From Tubiluchus corallicola (lineage: Eukaryota; Animalia; Priapulida): a DNA stretch of 64,000 bases. The DNA lies in NCBI GenBank assembly GCA_030141605.1, contig JAQGDQ010000959.1:1-64000 (forward strand), read 5' to 3'. Positions 1-12,300 of the stretch are shown piece after piece. The notes beneath the pieces are model-generated. The model made no database searches and was not told where the DNA came from. It worked only from the letters and a program-made list of their open reading frames with translations. A program made the position numbers and the translations under genes. How positions within the stretch are numbered: the first letter of the stretch is position 1; every line of letters begins with the position of its first letter.

Positions 1-183
1 AAAACATATTAAAGATCAGCCATCAAGCATTTGGCATCATCACATTTGCTAGTTCAGTGTCTTTTCTTATGTCTAGTCCTTTGAAACAACGACATTCAAA
101 CTCTGTCCATATGATCAATCTTTGCTAATAGCTACTTTGTGCATAATTGTTACATTAAAAGCACATTCTCTCCATTTCTGAAG

Positions 184-650
184 TACAGTCAACCTCGGAT
201 ATAAGGGACACCCCAGGACCGGAAGAAACTGTCCCTTATACCCGATGTCCCTTATAGCCGAAGTTGAGTTAGACCGAGGGTGTATCTAGACCTGTACTTT
301 TCTGCACTTTTACCCATATTTTTATGGATTATTGCTACACATTCAGTGCAAACGGTATGCAGGAACCTTCTACAGTGATGTGAGACGTATGTGACCGTGG
401 AAACCGAGCTGTTCGAAGGCCGAGTTTGCGAAAAATTGAGGTAAAAATCGATCAATTTCACTTTGATCATAAGGTCCCTTATAAGGTAATTTACTTGAGT
501 TTCTATTACATGGGACCTGAAGATATCGTCCCTTACAACCAGAAGTCCCTTATATACGAAGATTATTACACAGGAAAAACGTTACAAAAAATCGGGACCG
601 GTGTTGGTGGTCGCTTATAAGCGAATACCTTATACAAGAGGTTGACTGTA
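184..650. mobile_element. Tc1/mariner (pogo/Tigger-like) non-autonomous MITE
   Basis: TA|CAGTCAACCTC...GAGGTTGACTG|TA terminal inverted repeats with a TA target duplication, plus subterminal (GT)CCCTTATA repeats. Confidence 0.85.
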
Positions 651-1260
651 ACATCAAAATGGTTTGTATTAAAGCAAGCTTTGCTTTACCATGTACTACC
701 AAGGGAAAATGAAATCAAAGCAAAAAACTTAGTGTACATAAACACTTTTAAAACAACTAAATAAAAGAGGAAGATATTATTAGATATTTCAGGATGCGAG
801 CTATCAAAAACAAGGTACTTTTTAATTCATATTTGGATTACAACAAACATGTTCAATAATTTACTGGACAAATTTTCACCTCTGGTGCAGAAGAAAGCAC
901 CAGGTGTCAAGGCACCATATCTTTAGCTTTTGCACCTTGGTTGCTGCAGTACAAATGCAAGTAAATCCACTGCAGCTTTTCACGTGTAAGTCTATAAAAC
1001 CTACTATAAATTTCCTACTCCTATCTCCACTTTTAAACAGTTATTCACAAAATTTCTGCACTTACCGTATATACTTATGTACAAGTCGAATTTTTGGGAG
1101 GCGATTTTAAGGTGAAATTTTTGAGGTTGACTTACACTTACGATATGTTTTTAGGAGATGTCACTAAAGAGTCGTCTACAATACGAATATGTAAAGACAC
1201 TGAACTAGCAAATGTGATGATGACAAATGCTTGATGGCTGATCTTTAATATGTTTTGCAG

Positions 1261-4200
1261 GTAAAAACTCCTAATGTTAATGTGATACCTGGTCAGGACA
1301 ATTCTCTGAGACTGGAATTGCCAGCAGTTATGCAGTTTGAAACAATGGAAATACCTTTGTCCATATTAGGTGATATGAGTTCCAGCAGAAAGCAAAAGGT
1401 GAGAAATTTTGGTTTTTCTGGGATGGCTGTTAGCTAAGGCAGTTATATACATGCTGGTACAGTTATATACATGGTGGTACAGTTATATACATGCTGGTAC
1501 AGTTATATACATGGTGGTACAGTTATATACATGGTGGTACAGTTATATACATGCTGGTACAGTTATATACATGGTGGTACAGTTATATACATGGTGGTAC
1601 AGTTATATACATGCTGGTACAGTTATATACATGGTGGTACAGTTATATACATGCTGGTACAGTTATATACATGGTGGTACAGTTATATACATGCTGGTAC
1701 AGTTATATACATGCTGGTACAGTTATATACATGGTGGTACAGTTATATACATGCTGGTACAGTTATATACATGGTGGTACAGTTATATACATGGTGGTAC
1801 AGTTATATACATGGTGGTACAGTTATATACATGGTGGTACAGTTATATACATGGTGGTACAGTTATATACATGGTGGTACAGTTATATACATGGTGGTAC
1901 AGTTATATACATGGTGGTACAGTTATATACATGGTGGTACAGTTACATTGATTTCTTTCTTTTTGAAGTTTATCCTCAACTATTTATTAGTTATTAGCTG
2001 AAAAATCAGCCCTGCAGAGTTTAAAAGAAAGCAGCGAGATTTGTCTTGTCCTACCCGATTATGAAGTACAGTAAAAAGTATACATCTTAAGACTATAATA
2101 ATACTGCAAAACTGTTGCTGATAATTAAATAATAGATTAAAAACTTAATTAACGGTGAGCAAACCCGACTGTTGATCACATCACAAACTAACATAATTTT
2201 CGACAACACAAAGATGCTATGAAATCGAAAATGGCAGTACAGTGCTACTGTAAGAGATTCAATATGTTGTACTAAAATCGGCAAGTTTTAAGATAAAAAT
2301 TCAAATTTCAGACTTACCGCTGTGCTCACATGAGCACACGCATGAGCTCCTGACATGTGCAGTATTTCACAAATGAACATCTGTGAACTGATAGGTACTG
2401 CACTTGAAATGCAGGCGCTAGTGCCCATCTAACTAAAGAGTGGCGAAGTGCATGTACAGCTAAGAACTAGCCGCGCGAGTACGAAATTGCGTTTGTGTGG
2501 TAATGATTCTTTCACGAAAGTCATTCTTGAAAAAATTCTCTGCTCCCATCCAGTATTTTGTGGAGTAGATTGTTTTGAGCTGCAGTTTAAGATTGGATCA
2601 GGTTTTCATTTAAGAAACACGCTTGTCTTTTAAAACTGTTGTAATTTATGTAAGGGTGACGAGTTTTCATCGGCTAGAATAATTGCATTAGTCTATGTAG
2701 AACTGATGTAAGTTTGCATGGTTTAAATTCAAGTTAGTTGAATAGCATGTAGTACAGGGGTGTGCAAATTATCTGACTAGCCGGGCCACATTAAACATTC
2801 CCGCAATTCCTGTGGGCCACATGCAGTTTGGTCAAGGAGCCAAGTACAGTAGGACCTAATAACGATTTTTTTGCATCCGATTTGCGCACATCATTACTAT
2901 TGCACAACTACACTCAAGAAACTATTTTAGAAGTTATTAAAATTTATATTAAAAACCATATATTTCATCATGTCCGACAGTAACATTAAGTGACAACGGT
3001 CTTGTAAGGGTTAATGGCATCCGATTTAGAGGAAAAAACTACCCGCACTATCTTTGCGATATTGGCGCAGACTTCAGCTGGATCGCGTGGGCCGCACTTT
3101 CATTACGTTGACAAACCTCTTCGCGGGCCGCACAAGATCTCTCGGCGGGCCACAGTTTGCACACCCCTGATGTAGTGTGTGGCAGCAGTGTAATTGCGCA
3201 GCCTATTCACATTGTTCTAACATCATTTTACATGCAAATTAGCGATGCAGCATTCATAGTTTTACATTTTTCTGCTTTCTTGTTTACGATATCATACGGA
3301 GTTTCACTCACAGTCAATTTAAAATCGCTTGAAAATTTTGTCCTGAAATATTTGATAAAATTAACCCAACGTCAAAACGCATTGTCAATGTAGTTACCAG
3401 ATATCGTTCCTAAGATTTCACTTGTTTGGTTGAGTAAATAGTATACAGAATTAAAGCTTTGATTTTAACATATTAAAAATGTCGCACGGTTTGATATAAT
3501 GTTTAATGACACGAAATGTCTTTGATGCCAGAAATTTAATTATAAATAAATTTTAAAGCAAAGATGTACAATTTGAAATTTGTGCCACTCCTCCTATAAG
3601 TGTTAGTACATTAAGCAAGTTCTTTCTTGTACTGTTCCATTAGTGTCGTGTGACATTAACTAGTTGGGCTTGTATGTCGTGTGACATGAACTACTTGTGC
3701 TTGTATGTCTGGGTGTTTGAGGTAAATTCAGTTTAATGTTTTAAACCCATCTGCAAACATGAGAAAAGTAAACATAATAACATCTTGCAGATACTTCGGC
3801 TTTGAATGGTGTTTATTTAAAATGTTTATAAGTTGGATTTGTGACTATAATCAAGTATTTTACGTGATTTTAGCGACACTAAGAGATCTACTAAAATCTT
3901 TTTAAATAACTAATGTCTGAATGTATTACATACATTACAGGTCATGTTTTTCTGTGCTTGGAGCGATGTGCCATATGAATTAAGCATTAGCTTGCGATCA
4001 CCGTTTACAGTTTCACATTCTCTACAAACTGCAGGAAAAAGGTTGTCGGCCATTTTATCATTTCTTGTTTGATGTACGATTATGATACTGTTAACATTAC
4101 ATTATTTTTGTGAACAATACCGCCATACCTCCGTTGTCGAACGTCCTCGTACTCGTACAAATCGGGTTTTCGACCACAAGATTCGAGCTGAAATTGTCTC

Positions 4201-7200
4201 CGTTCTCGACCAGAATTTCAGTACTCGACCAACCGCCAAACACGTGATGAAAGCATGCGCGGCCAGCCGAGTAGAGCCGAGCGTAACCGACCACGCCCGA
4301 GAGTAGTCACGCACAAGATTTAAATCGCCTAATATCGCTAAGTGCTTTCTACGCTTATTTTTCTTCGCTTTTTCTGTGTAGGAACAATTACGATTTTCTT
4401 TCTATGTAATTCTATTATCTTTTGTTTTTCTTATCAATTATATCGTATCTACTGTTTGAATAAATATTTTTGCATGATTATATTTACTTTTAGTAATACT
4501 TTACAGTTCATTTGGTGCATGAGAACAGATTATTTGCTTTTATATTATTTCTTATGGGAATAAATGATTCGGTTCTCAACCGAATCGGTTTTCAAACACT
4601 TTTTAGGAATGAATTATGGTCGAGAACAGAGGTACTACAGTATTATATTTAACAGTTACATCAACCATTTGTATTAATCAATTTTTGTAAGATGATTCCA
4701 TTCCAGACTTTGCAGTCTTTTTATCTTTTTCTCTTAGTTGTTGCCTCAACTGTGTCTCACACGCAAATTCTGATTTTTGCAATAATTTTGTGATATATGC
4801 TCTAATAATCATTCTCTTGGCATCATTTTCCCTAAAAGTTAATAGTAACTCTGCAACATGAGTTATGTGACATCTGTGCTTGAGCAGCATTTGTCTCAAA
4901 TGTAACATAGCTTTATTCTTTGCAAGCAGAGTACAAAAATCCTATTGGTAGGATTCGCTAATAAATTAAATGATTATGGTTGCTCTTGTCATAAGTACCC
5001 TTAAAGGAAAACCGGATGATTGTGTAAACACGAGTTCAGGATAAAGAATGCTTTAAAATATTGAAAACTACAATAGCTTATTTTAAATCAAAGCTTAGAT
5101 TAAATAATAATTACCGCGGATATTCAAATTTCGTTAAACTTTCAAAGCTACGTGCGGCTCAGTGAATCTACTAAGAGTGGCAACGGCGCCTTTTTGTCAC
5201 ATTCGAGTGGCCGACAAATAGAAGGCAGTACCATGATAACCATGATCATGAACTGCTGTGTTAGTTTCTGACGTCATATGTTCAGTTCAGTTGCCGTTAA
5301 TTAACTTTCTAAGCTAATTATTCAAATGTAAGGAACAATTGTTAACTTTTATAGGCAAGAAAATGTATATTTTGGAGAGTAAATTAAAATGAGGTTGTGT
5401 CTAAACAATCGTCCGGTCTTCCTTTAAGAGATTTATGTTTGTCAAGTTTCTTTTCAACTCTGGACCTAACAGGATGCACTGAACCTTTGAAAGATTTTTT
5501 TGTGTTGCAAATTTTTTCTGCTTTTAACACGTGTCCATGTTTTTGCTTTTTTGCAGTAAGTTTGTTCAAGTTTTGTTACACGGTGAAACCAGTGAAATGT
5601 TTCGCTTTTTGTCGCCAACGCTAGAAGTTCTCTATCCGAATTTTATATCAGTAAAATCATTAAACAGTCCTGCGCATGACGGGGTAAGTATTTCATATTT
5701 TAACCGAATTTTTCACAGCTTATTTTATGCTTTCCTTGAACTCTGGCATCTTGCTGTTAATTAGTTACTGAGAATTGCATTTTTATTGCTGACAACTAGA
5801 ATCATTCTCTTGCTGGACTTCATTGATCATTTCTTGCCTGTTGTTGTTTGCACCGGTGCTATAGACTAGAGAATTCAATGAAGTTAGTGGTGTCGTGGGA
5901 AGTGAGAGAGTGTTGATATTCACATGTCTGCCTCTTAAAGCACAAGAAAAGGCCTAGTTATAAAGCAAGTCTCAGAAAATGTTCATCAAAGAATTATAAC
6001 GGTTAGAGGCAATCTTAAGCATCTATCATACTCATGTTAAAAGAATTTCCTGTTTGTTTTCATTTTAAATACTCCCGCGAGACTGTCACGGTGGCGCCAT
6101 ATTAGATGGCGTCACAGAACCATAACACAAATCTTTATAGTACACGTGCTCAGAACTCACTGCGACTGTGTTCTTGTGATGTCATGCCACGTGATCAGTT
6201 ACATGCTGGCTTTTCAATTGGCGGACTTAGGTGATATAATTTTTTATTGCGAATTTTCTGACGCTTACTTTGGTTGGCCATTTTCTTGTTCTCTAAAGGA
6301 AAGTATATGTTCATTTAGCATTTTGTGTTTATTTTACTGCTATTAAACTTAGAAAAATATAACAAAGAAAAAAAGCAAAAAATGGCTGTAGAACTTACAG
6401 TTGATTTATATTTCTGCTGTACCGAAATTGACAAGAGCGGTGGTTGCCGCCATTCACTTGAAAACTTGAAAATCCTGACGTAACTCATGGCTTCTTTACT
6501 TTCTGTAAGCGCACCATAATTTTTTGAAAACGGGGGTCGCTTAAATAATTCAAACCACTGCAGCTTATCTAGTATTCATACAGAAATATCGCAAAATTAG
6601 CTGTCTGATTTTTGTAAAACGTTCGTACACCTTTGACTCATTGACAGTGCGTTTAGCATTGCATTGTACTTTAACGCTGCATTTCTTTAACTGACGATGA
6701 CATCAGCGGTGGAAAAATGGGCGTTCAAACGGAAGCACCCAAGTGTGAAATGATTGAGACTCTCGTAAAGTGATTTTACTAATTACACAAGCCACCTATC
6801 CATGCTTTTAATACTAAATCTTTCTAACATTTTTGACGAACATTGAAATAAACTTAAAGGCTTGACTTGTCCTTTAAGTCCGCCTCTCATCGTTAACAAA
6901 CATCTTTTTTTATTTATTTGCAGGTTGTAACTAAAGAACAGAATTTTTCTTACATTTGGAAGTTGGAAATGAATTCTGATCAAATGTCTGACACTCTAGA
7001 CCTGAATTTCAAAGTCGAGTATTCGTGGTTGGGATCAGAATCTTTTAAACACAGACCCTATAATTACTCTTTTTCGTTGCTTAACTTTAATGTAAGTACA
7101 AATGCTTTTACAGACTGATATATACTGCTGTTAAGAGTCAGTCAAAGGAGAGACTCTTTTGAAAATAAGCAGGTGGATTAAACCATTAGTTTGTCGAGTT

Positions 7201-9293
7201 TTTGTTTTATTTTTCTGTAATATTATTCTTGATAAAGTCAAAATGCTACAAAACCGTAAATGATCTCATTTAACAACTGAAAATTAACCCTTTCCCTATG
7301 TTGTTGCTTTGTAACTTGGCCAGATTGACTTGCACATTTGACAATAACTTCTTGTGGTGTGTTACTAAAGCAGAATCTTGTAAATACACAAATAGTTGTC
7401 TGTTATTGAGCAATAATATTAAATATTAATTTTATTTCTACACATGCGAGCACACACAGACGCGCACGCACACACACACACAACACACACACATGTGCAC
7501 ACCGTCATAAATAAGCTGGTACTTATATTTAGTAACCATTTATCACAAAAGACACAATACTAATCCATAATATGCAATCATTTTATAAGAATGCATAACA
7601 ATCAACTAATTAACATAAGTTTCATCAACGAACTACAAGTGATTTTGTGTGTGAACATACCACACAGTACAGTATTGTAGAATGCATCTGGCTTCAGACA
7701 CTGATTGGCTGGTTAGCGTTACTTGTTGCGAAGCATCCCCAATCCCACGGCTGTTAAACTTTTCTACGTTTCTGCAATGGGTGACTGCGCTTAGTGCTGA
7801 GCTTGGGCGCCAGTCTACCGCATTCTGTCCCTTGCATGAAACACATAGGCAGCTGTGTGCCACCTTCCGTATTGAAAGGGTTAAGACTTTTGTGAATTTG
7901 CAAGTGCAGTAAGTATTGGTAACAGATGTTGTTGTACATTTACAATGAAAATAAGCTTTTCTTTTTTCAGACATTGTATTTTGTGAAATCTCAAGTGGAG
8001 CCCTCTTCTGGCGGGACATTTTGTCGGGCGGGACACATGTGCCGACTCAATATTCAGATTGAAATGGTCGCAAAGTCTGTGGAAGAATCGCTGATGTATG
8101 AAGTGCTTGCTGACCAAACTCAGTGGGCTGTTTGTGGGAGAACGGCAGGTGATTACTGTTTGCTATTAGTTCCGTAGCAACAGTGCTGAGTACCAGCAGC
8201 ACTACGAGTAGCGCCTCTGCGTAGCGGTACTGCTTTTACCAGTAGCACTTTACAGAAATGTAGTGCTTGCTGTACTACGGCCAAATCACATTGAAAACAC
8301 CGGTTCTCGTCTGATCACCGAAGTTAAGCAACGTGGAGCCTGGTTAGTGCTTGGATGGGTGACCACCTAGGAATACCATGTGCTGTAGGCTTGCGGGATG
8401 CCCACACTGTATCTCGACACTAGGCGGAGGAGCTGCACGAGCAGCCAACGGCTAGAGGGCGGAAGAGGTCAAGTGACCCAACGGCCATGTGTAGAGGAGT
8501 AAACCTTCCAAATCAGGAGTGGAGCCCTGAAGGCGGACCAGTGCAGCATGCTCACTGACTCCGGCAGCTCCTGCGGCCAACCTGGTGCCAAACGCATCGC
8601 TCTGCTTTCCTTTGGACTGCACTAGCGAGGAAGAAAGGGGGTTCCTGTTGTCTGGGCAACTCATGATCTCCATACATGTTGCCCAAGCGTGCGCACTGGA
8701 GACGTTCAAGGATCGCACTGCTCAGCCACAGTCGACGCTGCAACTCCATCAATGTGATCAATAACTGACTCTCTTGGCGCGCACTCCATTGTCTTCCGAG
8801 ACAGAAGAATGCCAACCATAAGTGGGCATTAGGATTATGTGTTAATTTATCAAAACTCCTTCAATTAAAACTATGTAATGGAATACATGAATAAAACGTA
8901 GAACTTTCTAACAGTTAAAATATAGTACTGAGTGCAATTTTTTGAGTACAAAAATGTACAGCATCCTTGCTGTGAATGTCTTAACACGAACTATAAACAG
9001 CTGGTACGCCAGTCATGTGTGTTTAGGATAGTTTAGACCAGACGGTTTAGTCTAGTGGTAATGCGTCTGCTTTCCGTCTGGGAGGACGTGAGTTCGAACC
9101 AGTGGCCTGGTCGTACCAGAGACTTTAAAAATGGTGCCTGCTGTTGCCCTGCCTGACGCGTGGTATTTAGGGTAAAACTGGGGTAATAATAGTCTCTGTT
9201 ATGTAGTTGTAGGTTGTTATTTACAGTCCGCGATAATAGCTCTTTGAGCTAATGTTAATTGTTGACCCAAAAGAAGACTTTAAATAAAGATTG

Positions 9294-9384
<91 letters not shown>

Positions 9385-12300
9385 ATAGGAAACTGGCATA
9401 ATAAAGAGGTAACACAACAGAATGATCATTTCTAAGTTTATGTGTCTCATTTTCAACTGCATGTTGTGAATGTGAGCTACATATAATGGAAAAATTACTG
9501 GTCTTACCTCATTTTTGATGCGCTTTTGATCTGAGCAATGTCAAACAATTATCAATTTTCCTGAATTGTGCAGCTAAGCATTGAAAGTCTTTGTGTGTCC
9601 AACTGTCCATACACAGGTATTAGAACTGTCAGTTTAAACTAGCTTAGAATGATGTTCAGTGACAAGCCTAGTTTGTGAGTTTACTAGATTTTGCCGGTTC
9701 TGCCAATTAATTGCAATTATTCTTGCGAAGTTGTTTATTTTTTCAGGTATCCTCCTAGTAAGTGGCAATCATGCTCACCAGGTGTCACTAGACGTAATGC
9801 CTTTAATAAGCGGGTATTTGTCAATGCCGGAAGTGAAGGTATCAAAATACGTAAAAGAAAGTAAGTGAAATTGCGTAAGCTTGATTGCATTGCAGGGAGT
9901 CTTAATTTATCATAAAATGAATAAAATGTAAATATAGTAAACTGTATCATGTATAACTCAAACTGTATCATGTATAACTCAAACTGTATCATGTAAAACT
10001 CGAGGACCGGAGAAGTACGCGATATACTCGAACACCACGGGTATGTGACGGTACGAGTTGGACAATGTTCGTAAGAAAACAAGATTGAGTCGCTCTTCAA
10101 CATCAGGTAACACACTATAGCTTGTGGAAATGATAAACTGAGCCTTTAATCAAATATCAGACAACAAGTTTTTATGAATAATCAAAAAAATGACTGGTCC
10201 ATCTCTATTGTAGTATGAGTAGCATTGTTAATAGAATTCGGCAATAATAATATTCTGATCTAGTTATTAAACTTCGTTCGTTAAGACATGTGGTGTTTGA
10301 CATTCTGCTAAGGTAATACAAGAAATCTTAGCATTTTGCTGAAACTAGCAATTAAAATCGTAATGAGGTGCGCACTTTTACATAGGATTTCTTGCTTGGG
10401 AGAACTGTTCAAGATAAGCAGCGTAATTTCAGTTAGATTCTTATAAATTCGGTTTGAGTTACGCGATAATTCGAGTTATGCGATGATAATTCGAGTTATG
10501 GCCGTGAAATAGAAGCATGATCATGAAGTGCAGTGTTAGTTTCTGATGTCATGTGACATAGAGCCCATTTTTCGTGACATCGCATGTTTAAGCAGTACTG
10601 TAACACTTATGCAAATGTGCTTGACGCGCAGTGGAAGACGCCTGTCATTGCACGAACTGAGGTTAGTTTCTGACGTAACCAATAGCTGTGTTCAGTTGCT
10701 GTTAATTAACTTTCTAAGCTAATTATTCAAATATAAGGAACAATTGTTAACTTTTATAGACAAGAAAATGTATATTTTGGACAGTAAATTAAAACGAGTC
10801 TAAACAATCGTCCGGTTTTCCTTTAACTGTTCCCTGGATTTTGACCGAGTTGTGCAGTATTCCTTTCTGCACATTACTGAATTATTCGGAGATTATCATA
10901 ATGAGAATTTGGATGCCAAGTATGTCTTAATGTCTGTTTATTAAGATGTAAATGAATGCCTCGTTTGTCTCACAGGGAAAGTGTCACCGGAAGCAGAGAA
11001 GAAGAATTCATTGCCAGTAGAAATCACCCCAGATAAGACTGCTGTAAAGAGGTCACCCAGTCCACGCTTGCAGTCACCTGCTGTTTCTCCTGTACATGTA
11101 CCTCTACCTACAATTGAAAGTTTTGCAAGAGGGCAGGTGAATTTAACTGCACTGTGAAATGATTTAAATTTTAGCAAGAGCTGTTTTTCAAGCAAATTTA
11201 TAGGTTTTACACGTCAAATGTAGACACACGAAAGTTCAAATGTGACTTGGGTAAGTCAAATGTAGACATAGGAAAGTTCAAATGTGACTTAGGTAGCTCA
11301 AATGTGAGTTATTAATAAATTAGTTTCTCTAATAGTTCCAATGGTATGTAAAGTTTGCAGAATATTAGTGAACCTATAACGTTGTTATATTAATTTAAGA
11401 GCAATTAATAAATTGAAATTAAAGGAGATTAAATTTAACATCCTTAAACTTTACCACCTATCCACATTTAGGATACCAATGTCACATTTGACTTGACATG
11501 TGTCTACATTTGACTTACCAAAAACGCTTAAGATTTCTTGAAAACCATTGTTAACACATTTGAATTACCTAAATCTACATTTGAGTTAACGCAGGTCTAC
11601 ATTTGACATGTAAAACCTATAAAGTAGAAACATCATCGTTCTCTGACAGTCGTGATTTGAAATTATTTATATGTGTGGAGTTGACATTAGCTGCTGCTGT
11701 GCATGCCCGGCCATGGGAATGTCCCTTTACAAAATAGCAGCAGTTTATTAACCTATATTACGGAGAATCATTAAGAACAAATTAACACTTTATTTGATAA
11801 TTACCCTAACAAACTGCAGAGTGTAAATGATTACTCTTTCCTTCATGTACTAGATCAGTATTTAAACTAGCTGTGTGCAATCAAATACGTATTTTAAATT
11901 CAAGTTAGTGTCAGTGCAATTAAACAAGTTTCCTATGTTTTCAAAGTCAAGGCCGAGATTTCTATTATTATACAGTAGGCGCCGTTTAATAGACTCACTT
12001 TAGGACCGACGTATTTTGACCCAATTAGCTGACTGAACCTATTAACTGATGAGTGTAGTATTACTGGTATAGAAGTATATGTCAAAGGTTTTTAATGAAT
12101 TTTAGAAACAAAGTAATGTTTAAATTCCTTTTGTGCAGTTAAAAATTAGAAAAAATATTTTAAAATATTAATTTATTTATATAGGTGAATTAGCAATAAA
12201 TTAAAATGCATATAAATACCCTAACACAAAAGGGAAGTAAAGATGACATAAAAGTAGAAAAGGCTGTTTGGGCACACACAAATGTCTTATTTTAAGTAGG

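Noticed and set aside
1361-1370. Perfect CArG boxes (CCATATTAGG here; CCTTATAAGG at 477)
   Set aside because: One lies in a TRAPPC10 coding exon and the other inside a MITE, far from the FHL promoter candidates; expected by chance.
1409-2001. Three overlapping 168-180 aa ORFs
   Set aside because: Translations of an intronic 20-bp minisatellite.
8273-8392. Functional 5S rRNA gene
   Set aside because: Substitutions, no oligo-T terminator, not in a tandem array, and fused to retroelement sequence.
8395-8455. HDV-like ribozyme at the start of the RTE-derived body
   Set aside because: Only a hairpin forms (CTAGGCG..GCTGC-ACGA-GCAGC..CGGCTAG); P1, P3 and L3 cannot be assigned.
9036-9112. tRNA gene
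   Set aside because: Imperfect cloverleaf, continuous with a SINE body and microsatellite tail.
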